Virus record (IMG/VR): IMGVR_UViG_3300033067_000991
Coordinates: 1,338-65,337 of that record
Strand: one strand, 5' to 3'
DNA length: 64,000 nt
Source of the DNA: a virus
Lineage: Duplodnaviria > Caudoviricetes
The notes under the pieces were generated by a model. That model ran no database searches, was not told the DNA's origin, and saw only the letters and a program-made list of their open reading frames with translations. Positions 1 through 9,500 of the stretch are shown in pieces; the first letter of the stretch is position 1; each line of letters starts with the position of its first letter. The position numbers were made by a program, and so were the translations under genes.

Positions 1-209
1 AGGCATCGCACTGCGCGTACTGCTCGCCGCGCATGAATCTTGGTCCGTGGGACCAAGTGGAGGTTGGCTTTCCGTCGGACGTGCCAGACCAAATCATGGA
101 CTATTGCGAAGACCCTGCACAGCCGACCGACTCGGTGTACGGGTATGTGCCGATTGAGCTAGTCGAGGATTTGATCACGGCGCACGGCGGAATGAAGGCT
201 AATGATTAG
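1..209 (+). CDS. Conserved phage hypothetical protein, 5' truncated by window edge
   Basis: Frame 3 is open to TAG at 207-209: HCAYCSPR..GPWDQVEVGFPS..DSVYGYVPIELVEDLITAHGG, a motif string I recognise from phage early proteins. Confidence 0.7.
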   Translation, partial: ASHCAYCSPRMNLGPWDQVEVGFPSDVPDQIMDYCEDPAQPTDSVYGYVPIELVEDLITAHGGMKAND

Positions 210-250
210 GAGGTACGGCCGCGCTAGTGCTCACAAATGACGGCTGACGG

Positions 251-506
251 CTATGACGCCTTGTATGACAACCAGCAAGCCTGATTGCCCGGAGTGCAAA
301 ACGTCTCTAGTGCATGTCCCAGGTATCGGCAGTTGTTGCCCAAACTTTGATTGTCCGGTAACGGACGACTGCGATCTATGGGACGGGCACGGCAACTGTA
401 CTGAGCCTGCTATCTCTACCGATGCAATGATCCACGCAGCCGATGTGATGGAGTTCTTGCGGCTCAAAACAAAGATGGGACTATGACGCCTTGTATGACA
501 ACCAGC
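251..506 (+). repeat. 26-bp perfect direct repeat CTATGACGCCTTGTATGACAACCAGC at 251-276 and 481-506
   Basis: Read directly from the sequence. Confidence 0.95.
253..486 (+). CDS. Small Cys-rich (Zn-ribbon-like) protein
   Basis: CPEC...CCPNFDCP motif; SD-like GGAGG at about 209-213 is distant; bounded by the direct repeats. Confidence 0.55.
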   Translation: MTPCMTTSKPDCPECKTSLVHVPGIGSCCPNFDCPVTDDCDLWDGHGNCTEPAISTDAMIHAADVMEFLRLKTKMGL

Positions 507-846
507 TTTGACAGCCGCAGCAACTCGTTGATTTTGCTATGCCGCTATTTCGCCATTAGCGTCATAGTCGTGGCATACAAGGTGGGCTAAATGCTTGATT
601 TATTGGCGCGCCCGATACGATTTGAACGTACGACCTTCGCCTTCGGAGGGCGAGATACTACACATAAGCGCATGATTCACATAGGAAAATTTGTTGTATG
701 ACGCGGAACTATGACTTTCGCGGTTCGCGCAACAGCGGAAGGGGCGGGAAAATTTTGGTTGATCCATCACCACGGCAAACCATTGGCGGCCCGTTGTCGG
801 GTGCTCTATAGTCCATAGGCCGTCGTCATCCATCGAGGAACCCACC

Positions 847-1122
847 ATGAAAACCATGCTACTCGCCTGCCTGCTGATGCTCCCGGCCACTGGCTTCGGC
901 ATCGCCTACACCCTAGATAACGGCGTCGTCATCGACACGAACACCGGCCGCGTCATCGGCGGGATACCCAATGACAACGACCAGCCGCGCAGCACCCGCC
1001 AAGGCTACCAGGAAAGCTACATCGGCAGGGATGGCTATCGCTACACCGACCCGTCCCAGGCTGGCGACAACTGCCAACTGGTCGATACGCCGAATGGCTG
1101 GCAGTGTCGGTCGGGAAGATGA
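847..1122 (+). CDS. Small secreted protein (moron-like)
   Basis: Signal-peptide-like N-terminus MKTMLLACLLMLPATGFG; GAGGA upstream; two C-terminal Cys. Confidence 0.7.
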   Translation: MKTMLLACLLMLPATGFGIAYTLDNGVVIDTNTGRVIGGIPNDNDQPRSTRQGYQESYIGRDGYRYTDPSQAGDNCQLVDTPNGWQCRSGR

Positions 1123-1164
1123 TTGGTGCGCGTAACAGGGGTAAGCGCGGCGGGGTGGGGGTGG

Positions 1165-1420
1165 GGTCGGTTCCCGCAGGTTCCCTGGGGAATCCCCATG
1201 GTTCCGGGAACCGCGTAGCCCGCGTGGTTGCTGGGTTTTGTGGTGTAAAAATATATAGTTCCCACATACACACACACTCATACACATTTTTTTACTGAAT
1301 TGCGTGTGTATATATAGGCGTTCGGGAACCAGCCCAAAAATATGGCTCAAAGCCGCGCCACGTCTGGGCTTGAGGGTTCCGGAACCCATGCGGGAACCGG
1401 GGGGAACCTTGGGGAACCGG
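1165..1420. repeat. Iteron-like GGTTCC/GGAACC clusters flanking an AT-rich core (relic origin-like)
   Basis: About 10 GGTTCC/GGAACC hexamers in 1169-1418 around the AT-rich tract 1245-1320. Confidence 0.6.
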
Positions 1421-1424
1421 CTCA

Positions 1425-1646
1425 TCATGGAATTGCCAGCCACTTCGGCTCCCTCCAAGTTCCCCCCTCAGGAATGGGGCGCTCTTGGCCACCGCCAACC
1501 TCGATCTCTCCAAGCTCAACAAGATGCTCAACAGCGATTTCCATTTCCCTGGCGCACAACGACTTGCAGGCGCGAAGTACCAGGGTCCAGGGGGCCTTTC
1601 CCTCTTTGATCAGGGCGGGCTCATGGCTCTTGCGTCGCCAACCCAT
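1425..1646 (-). pseudogene. Probable remnant of a primase C-terminal winged helix
   Basis: LVLRACKSLCAREMEIAVEHLVELGEIEVGG resembles the C-terminus of 54082-56379 (LQQVRAYKRLSDDERSQLLQQLVNDGDII); also sits next to iterons. Confidence 0.4.
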
Positions 1647-1707
1647 CTTCCCCTGTTAAGGCAGCCATTGCTACCATCTACCCCTGTTATGCAATGAGAG
1701 GCCCGCA

Positions 1708-2388
1708 ATGAAAGCTCTGTTGATCCTGTTGTTATGTGCCGCTCCGGTTGCCGGAGCCGAACCAGTGCGGCCCAAGGCGCAACCACTCGCCATAGAAATC
1801 GAGGGCAACGACACGGTTGAGCAGGCCAACCCAATCGGCCGGAACAAAACACTGACCGCCCAGTTGAGCGATCTGGAAGACCAGGACTGGTTTGTCTACA
1901 CCGTCAGGCCACACACGCCGCGGCGCATCAAGGCACAGTTATCCTGCAAACAGGCGCAGTTGGCGTTACCGCCCAATGAGCAGGGCCGTGTTCACACCTT
2001 ATATGTGCTGAGCTTCTACAACCCGTCCATGGCGTTACAAAGCCGCTACGCCATCAATGACCGGCAATGTGAGCGCAAGGGGTTGCGCTTTGCTCTTAAC
2101 GTCCCAGTCCCAGGCGATTATTACTTGTCAGTCAGCGGCGGCGATTGGCCAGTCACGACCGACTACAAGCTCAGGCTTGGCGCTCCCATACCAGTCAGCA
2201 GCGTGCCGCCGTGCGCCGACCGGGGCGGACTGGTCAAGTGGCCGTTACAAGTCAGCATCACGCCAGAAAATCGCAACTTCTACTGCGGGCGCGAACCGGT
2301 CATAGCGTTTTGCCATCCCTATGTCTGGGGCTGCCTGTTTGATGGGCCGCCACCAGAAGGCTACACCGGCCCGCCAAGCGGTCATTAG
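1708..2388 (+). CDS. Secreted protein with PPC (pre-peptidase C-terminal)-like beta domain
   Basis: Signal peptide; EIEGNDTVEQANPI...DLEDQDWFVY and PGDYYLSVSG motifs. Confidence 0.7.
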   Translation: MKALLILLLCAAPVAGAEPVRPKAQPLAIEIEGNDTVEQANPIGRNKTLTAQLSDLEDQDWFVYTVRPHTPRRIKAQLSCKQAQLALPPNEQGRVHTLYVLSFYNPSMALQSRYAINDRQCERKGLRFALNVPVPGDYYLSVSGGDWPVTTDYKLRLGAPIPVSSVPPCADRGGLVKWPLQVSITPENRNFYCGREPVIAFCHPYVWGCLFDGPPPEGYTGPPSGH

Positions 2389-2402
2389 ATGAAGCGCATG
2401 AT

Positions 2403-2605
2403 TTGACAACCAGCCGCAGGCTTGGTAGCTTGGCCGCACTGCTTCGATGAGCGGACCCCCGCACCCGATAGCCCTGCGGCTTTTTTACGCCCAAGATTTC
2501 ATCTTCGGGCGGGATGATAGGCCGAAATACAAGACCTTCGGGGAATATGGCCAGCCGCCTCATCGCGGTAGTTGAGTCCCGCCCACCCTCATCTGGTGGG
2601 TGACT
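2403..2605 (+). ncRNA. c4-like antisense RNA / target leader upstream of antirepressor
   Basis: TTGACA at 2403; GCGG..CCCCGCACCCGATAGCCCTGCGGCTTTTTT element; GGCGGGA...ACCTTCGGGGAATA...GTTGAGTCCCGCC stem resembling the P1/P4 c4 family as I recall it; position before a Bro-N gene. Confidence 0.55.
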
Positions 2606-2625
2606 ACTGAAACGATGAGGTTTAT

Positions 2626-3543
2626 ATGACCGCTATCCACACCAGCGCAACCGCGCTGACCACCTACGCATTCAAATCCATCCAGGTGCGTGTTGTCGAG
2701 CTTGACGGCTTGGCCTGGTTCGTTGCCGGCGATGTCGCTAAGGCTTTGGATTACCGCACGGCGTCTGACATGACGCGGATACTGGATGAGGATGAACGGG
2801 GTACGCATATTGTGCGTACCCCCTCCGGCGAACAGGACATGGTAATCATCAATGAGTCCGGCCTGTATCACGCATTGATCAAAAGCCGTAAGCCCGAGGC
2901 GCAACCATTCCGGAAATGGGTGACAGCGGAAGTTCTGCCGTCAATCCGCAAGACCGGCGGATATTCCCAATACGCCCTGCGCGATCTCCGCAGCAAGAAA
3001 GCCCTGCCCGGCGGCCTGACCATCGACCAGCAAGACGCCATCAAGGCGCTGGTCCGGTCCCGCGTCGAAGCGTTGCCGAAGGAACGCCAGGGCGGCGCGG
3101 CTATTACCTGCTGGTCTGCGCTCAAAACCAAGTTCGGATGCACCTACAAGGCCATCGCGCCGGAGCTGTTCGCCGAAGCGCTGTCACTGGTCGCCCGGCT
3201 CGATCTACTGGGCCAGCCCGCCCTACCGGCCCCGGAGCCCATCGAACCGCCGCGCTACAGTTTCCCGCTATCCAACTGGCAACCGGCCACCCGCATCGGC
3301 GCAACGGCCTGGTTCACGTTTCAGGAATGGGTCAGGCTGCGCGAACAGGGTAGTAGCCAACTGGCGGAACTGATCTACACTCTGGGTCGTGACGGCCACG
3401 ATGTCAGCGGCCCACAAACGGAGTTCCGCGGGCTCTCTCACATGGTCGAGAGCATGCACATGCAATGGGAGTCCATGCGGTACATGTTCGACAAAATGGA
3501 AGGCCGCGGGCTGCGCATTCAACTGCAACCCGCCAGCGCTTGA
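2626..3543 (+). CDS. Antirepressor, Bro-N domain plus ORF6C-like domain
   Basis: WFVAGDVAKALDY...INESGLYHALIKSRKPEAQPFRKWVTAEVLPSIRKTGGY. Confidence 0.92.
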   Translation: MTAIHTSATALTTYAFKSIQVRVVELDGLAWFVAGDVAKALDYRTASDMTRILDEDERGTHIVRTPSGEQDMVIINESGLYHALIKSRKPEAQPFRKWVTAEVLPSIRKTGGYSQYALRDLRSKKALPGGLTIDQQDAIKALVRSRVEALPKERQGGAAITCWSALKTKFGCTYKAIAPELFAEALSLVARLDLLGQPALPAPEPIEPPRYSFPLSNWQPATRIGATAWFTFQEWVRLREQGSSQLAELIYTLGRDGHDVSGPQTEFRGLSHMVESMHMQWESMRYMFDKMEGRGLRIQLQPASA

Positions 3544-3585
3544 AGCTGGCCATGGAACCCTAGCCGCAGGGACGCGGCTGCGCCC

Positions 3586-6500
3586 TCACTGCAACATCCG
3601 CCCAAAGCGCCGCTCAATCGTCTCGGTCAACTGGTTCTTGCGGGTCTGTAACCGGTCCAGTTGCGCGCGCTTGGCGGCGCCGTCTTGCGGGCCGACACGA
3701 ATCGCCTGCATGCGCCGGTTGATGTCGCTCAGGTCCGACGCTGCCTTGTTGTAAGCGCCCTTGAGGTTGAGCGGGACGCGCTTGTCCTTCAGCAGGTCCG
3801 CGACTTTCTGTGAGTCGCCCATGCGCCGCGCATGATTCAGGTCGGCCTGCGCCTGCTGTACGACCCTCAAATGATCGTAAAACAGCGAACTGTAGGCCGT
3901 CGAGCGCGGGATATCCGCATCCGAGAACGCCCGCACGAAGTCGCCAACGATGGGTATGGCGCGGATATCGGCCGGCTTGTCCGGAGCGCCGCTCAGGCCG
4001 TCCAGCACCAGATTGGACCCGGCCAGCGCCAGCGCCCCCAGCCAGCCCATGTAGCCTTCGATCAGGCTATCAATCTGCACGGGCGAGAGCGGCGTCTGTT
4101 GCCGGCCAAAGGTCAGCGTGTCGAACACGGCATCCAACCCTTGCGCCATGCCAACGCCGACATAGCTGGAGTCGGGCGTCTTGCGGTCGGCCTTGGAGAG
4201 CCGCTCCATGCCCATGCCCTCGATGGGCCGGCCCGTGAAGCTGTCCCGGTTCGCGTAGACATCGAGCATGGGTTGCATGGCCTGCGGTATCGGGTTGATC
4301 GACAGCGTATCGCCCAGGGCCGCATAGAGCCGGTCCAGCCACAGCGTCTTGGGCACTTCGCCGTAGCGCATGAACTGCTCAAGCGTGCGCTCCGCCATGG
4401 TGGCCAGCACGCCCATCTCGAACGGCCGGGGAATCTTGTACAACTGCCCGCCCACCTTGAAATAGTGGTAGCTGTCACGGCGCCAGTCTTCCAGTTCCTT
4501 GTAATCGTCGTCATCAGCCAGGGCCATGTAAGCCAGCAGCGACAGGCCGATATAGGCGCCCGTGACCGTCACAAACTGCTTGCGGGTGTTCTCATCAATG
4601 GCCGACCGGGCGAGCTTGTCCAGGCCCTGCAACCGCGAATTGAAGAACGGCACCACCCGCGCCATGTTGAACAACAGGTGCGATGTGCCGCGCATCTGGA
4701 ACGGCATCAGGTCGTTTGCCTCAAAGGCCGCGTCCAACAGCGAGCCGGTTTCGGCAAAGGTCTTTCGGAAAGCCGCTGCGCGGTTGACGTTTTCCAGACG
4801 GGCGCCGCCGGCCTGGTACTTGTCCCATAGCGCGGACAGTTGATCCCACGACCGCAACAGGATGGCGCCATCCCGGTCTGGCTTCGAGCCCAGCTTCAGC
4901 AAGGCTTTGGCATTGGCGCTGGCCGGATTGCCCTCGCGCAGATAGCCGGCTTCATGGATGCCAAACAGGGCGCCACTGCTGACCATATCGGCAAAGGCTT
5001 GCAGCTCCTGCATGGTGCGCGGCTGGGTAGCTTTCCAGCCGTCCAGTACCGCCCGTCCCGGGGCTTGGCTCACATTACTGGTCGCCAGCGCCTGAATGGA
5101 ATCCCGAATCAGGTTGCGCGCCCGATAGACCGGACTGGCCGTGACCCCGGCCCGCAGCAGTTGGGAAAACTTGCTCATCAACTGGATGGCCGGCGATTGC
5201 CAGCCGGTGTAGTGCATACCTTCCAGCGCCTCCCAGACCAGCTTGGCGTCGGTGCCCGTGCCGATCTGGTTGTAGTAGACCTTGCGGCCATCCTGCCGGA
5301 CCCACAGCGAACGGTCGGTGGCCTGCGCTTCCGGCACCCGCTCCGCCAGGCCCATGTCCACCGCCAAGTCCAGCGCCTTCACCGCCGCCGCGTTATGGGT
5401 TGCGGTATGCGCCAGGTGGTGCCAGTTGCCCAGCACGTTCGACAGCAGGTCGTTGAGCGGAATCGCTGACCCCTTGTACTGCTTGAACGCGGTTTGGGCG
5501 TCCAGGCTCCCCAGGTCCGGCAGGCCGCGCCGTCGGGCCGTCCCGTCCTCATCCTGCAGGAACCGGTAGAACGGCACGTAGACGCCCTCAGAGCGCCAGC
5601 GTTCGGCGTCCTCGGCGGAAATGGTGCCAGACTCGACATTGAGCGCTACAAAGGCATCGTTCAGCCGGTTGAAGTCCTCAGCCGCCTGCCGGTATACCTG
5701 CGCCCGGTCCCGCCCATCGACCATGGTGCCCTGGTCAAAGGTCAGAGACGCAGCAATCGTGTCCTCATCCAGGAACCGTTCCCGAATCCGCGCCGCACGC
5801 TTGGCGGCCTTCAGGTCACGCTCAGCCTGGGCAATCTTGGCTTGGATGGCGTCCCGATGTTTTTGGGTAGGACGATCCGGTAGTTGTGTCGGCAGGTCTT
5901 CGATTTCCTGCTCCAGAATCTGCACCATATCCGCCGCCGCATCCGCCTTGCGGTTGATACGGTCGGCCCGCTGCGCCGCAACCCAAATCAGGAAGTCGTT
6001 GATCTCGCCGCCCAGCGTCTGATTGAGCTTGTCCAGCGGGGTTGCGCTCAGGTCGGTCTTGATGGCGCCCGAAGCATCCCAGGCCGGCGCCCCGAAGTGC
6101 ATCGCCGCCACCACCGCCCCTTCCGACTGCGCCGCCAAGCGGGCCTGCTTCCACAGCTCCGGGTCTTTCAGCACATCGCGGAACGACCGGTAACGGTCCA
6201 CCACCTTCTGCGCCCAAGCGGTTTGCCAGTGGTCTACCGACTCCTCAACCCGTTGCCGCAGCGTCTTGGTATGCAGCGTCTGTCCTTCGGCGTATTTGTC
6301 CTTAACCGCCTGCTGTTCGGGGGTGTAGGCGCGGGAGAAGCGGATATCCGGGGTGTCTGGCGAGAAGGCGCCGGTGTTGCCGATGGCGGATTTGATTTGG
6401 GTGGGATCGAACGCGACCCAGACATTAGACGGGATGCCTTTCCCTTCGTAATCATCCCGCACATTTTTAAGCAGTACGCCGTCTAATTCGTCATCCTTGG

Positions 6501-9500
6501 CCTCCTCCATGAGTTCCGTGAAGGATTGGTCCTCATAATTGCCGCCCTTAAAGTCGTGCCGCAACGGGTCGGTGATGTTCAGGTAGACAGGATAAACCGT
6601 GGCGCCACCGCTAATAATCTGCTCTTTCACATACCTGTCCAAGTTCGCCTCAGCCGCCGCAAGCTCCTTCTCAGCCTTGGCTATTGCGGTTGGCACAACG
6701 TCAGTGCCGAAGGCCGCAAGCGCTTCCTGCTCCGTGTCAAAGTAAACGCCAACCCCCCATTCGTAGGTATTTTCGTCGCCAAACTGGGTGTACTCGGTAA
6801 TTTGCAGCACGTAACCCTGCTCGTCCTCATCCCATACCGCCTCTCCTAGATTGACGCCATCAAGCCATTTCTCTAGCTCTGCTTGAGCCACATCAACACG
6901 GTGAGCGGGACCGCCCAACGGGGAGTTCAGTACGTCGGCCGAGTTGTACGAATCAGCCACGGCCGCGCTATCCGAGAAAAAGAATCCGTGTTCAGCAGAC
7001 GATGCGCCGGTGCGCCATCCCAGCTTGGCTTTACTGAATGCCTTGATACCTTCCCGCCCATCGGTCAACCTGGTTGGCCCGCCGTGATATACCACCAATG
7101 GCCGCCCCTGGTCGTCCACCACTCTGGAATCCCCAAACCAGCGCCAGAAATTCCGCATCCCCTCCTCGGTCGGGTGAATCGGCTGGCCGTTGCTGTTGGT
7201 CGTCGGCCGCTCCACGCCGTCCACGGTGATGGTGCCTTTGGCGCTCCGGCTGAACTTCGCCGTAATGGTCACATCCGTATCGGAGAAGAGGACATAGTTC
7301 GACTTGCCCTTATTGATGCTGCCTTCCGCCGGGTAGCGGATACCGCGCACGCCGGCCTGATGCAGGGCCGCAGACGCATTGGGCTGGCTTCCGGTGGAGG
7401 CCGCCAACTGGTTGTAGACAGCCTCGCCGGTAGCGCGGGGATCGTCGCCAAAGCCCAGGCTCGCCAGGGCCGCGCGGACCTTCTCGGATTGCTGACTGAG
7501 CGGCTTGAAGTAGTCCATGTACTCATCGGCCTGCGGCGCCAGGTCCACCTGATACAGCCGCCCACCGCCCGGCTTGCCGCCGGTGCCGCGATACAGGTCG
7601 GCAATGAACCGCACATCCGAGAAGTACAGGCCATGCCCAAAGCCCTTGCTCACGCCCACGGACTGCGCCTTGCTCAAGCTGAACCTGTCGAACAAATGGA
7701 TAGACCCATGCCAAGCCTGATGGAACTTCGGCCCCTGCAGCTTGCTCAGCTTGGCCGTCCCGCCCTCGGCATACGCCACCAGCGCCTGCGCCAAGTGTTC
7801 GCGCAGCGTCTCGATATCACGGAAGTAGTCTGATGACCCAAGCCCGCGCTGCATCAACTTGTCGGCGGCTTGCTTCAGCCACTTGATCACGGCATTCAGC
7901 AGTTGCTTGAACTTCGACGGGCTAGCCTCAGCCAGGCGCTGCACGAACGCCGGGTCAGCCAAAAGATCGCCAGTCAGGTCGGCCAATAGTTCCTCCTCGG
8001 CCGCGGCCTTGTTGAAGCGGGTTTCCCCGGCCTGCAACAGGCTGTTCAATCGGTCCTGGTATTCCGCGAAGTTCTGATAGTGGCCGCGCGCCTGCAGGGC
8101 GAACCAGTGGTACAGGTCCGGCCGCTCGCGCTTTAGCTGGTGGAGGATTTCGTGGCCGGTGACGTTGACGAAACCGACGTTGGCGTTGAGGTTGACGAAG
8201 TGGCGTCCACCGACGTTGATGCCGTTGAACTGGTCGAATCGGGGGTTGGTGGCGGTGATTCCAATAACCTCCGCATCAAACGCTGCCTTTGCCGCGGCGG
8301 CAAACTCAGCAAGAGATTCAGGCAAATCCCGTTGGACATAAGCGGTGTTCCAAGCGTTGTTTTTGAATTGCCGTGCCAGCGACCGATTGAGCGCTTCGGC
8401 CTTGGCCTGATTGGCGGCCAGGGGCAAGCGGAGCGGGGGCGACTGGGGGGCATTATCGGTGGCGCGTTTGAAGCGAGTTTTGCCGTCGCGATTCCGCCAT
8501 GTCGTATCAGGAGCATCAACCGGCGAGTCTAATATCTCGCCAAAATACAACGCCCCGCTCTCGCGATGCGCATCCGGCATTGGCGTTGTTGTGTGCGCGG
8601 ATGCTCCGCGCCGCACTACGAGCGTGAGTCCGTGCTGGTCGGCGAATCGTTGGAAGCGCTTGGGTACTTTAACCCTGGCCGGACCGCGCACCACCGCCCG
8701 ACCATCATCCAATATCTGGAAGGTAATGGCGCGCCCAGTATCTTCCAGCCGCACGGCATCACGACGTAATGCGCGCAGGGCGGCTTTGTCGATAGGGGCT
8801 GCCCTGGGGTTATTGGGGGGTACTGCATATTCATAGGTTAGCGCATTGTTGGGCGCAGTGCTGGACCGGCTGAATTGTGGCGCATCAGTCGGTACGCCAT
8901 CCAGCGCCTCCAGCAAGCGATCCACATCACGCATCGCCACATCCAGGGTCATGTGTACCTGCGCCGGCACCGGCCGGATGGCGCCGCTGTCGACGCCTTC
9001 GCGCAAGCGCTGCATGACGGCATCGAAGGCGACATACTGCCCGTTGCCCAGCAACACATCGCCGGGCCGCTCATCCGCATGCGCCAGTTCGCGCAATTCC
9101 TGTTCGGCCTGGCTGAGCGTTGCTACCGCGCCTGAACCGAAGCGGGGGCGGTTGGTGGTTCCGCCGGTCCATTCGCCAGCGGTATCGGCCAGGTCCGCCT
9201 GGCGGTTGTCGAGCGCAAAAATGCCCTCATCGGCAGGCGGCGCCTGCGTGGCGTTGCTCTTCCGCTGTTGCTCCTTCTGCGCCTCGATCAGCGCGAGTCG
9301 GTCGGCTTCGGCTCTGGTGGCGGCGTCTGCGGCGGGGAAGAGGTCGCTGTCAGTTGTTGCAGCGCTTGTTGTGCTTCCGCGGTCAGCGGTTCCTTGCGGA
9401 GCATCGACCGGAACAGGCTCACCCCGCCCGGACTGCGCCATATCTGCTTGGCTGCTGCGTCCATGGTCATTCCTCAGTCGGTTCAACACATCCTGACGGG

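Noticed and set aside
600-902. Minus-strand 100-aa ORF and nearby short ORFs
   Set aside because: No SD, motifs or operon context
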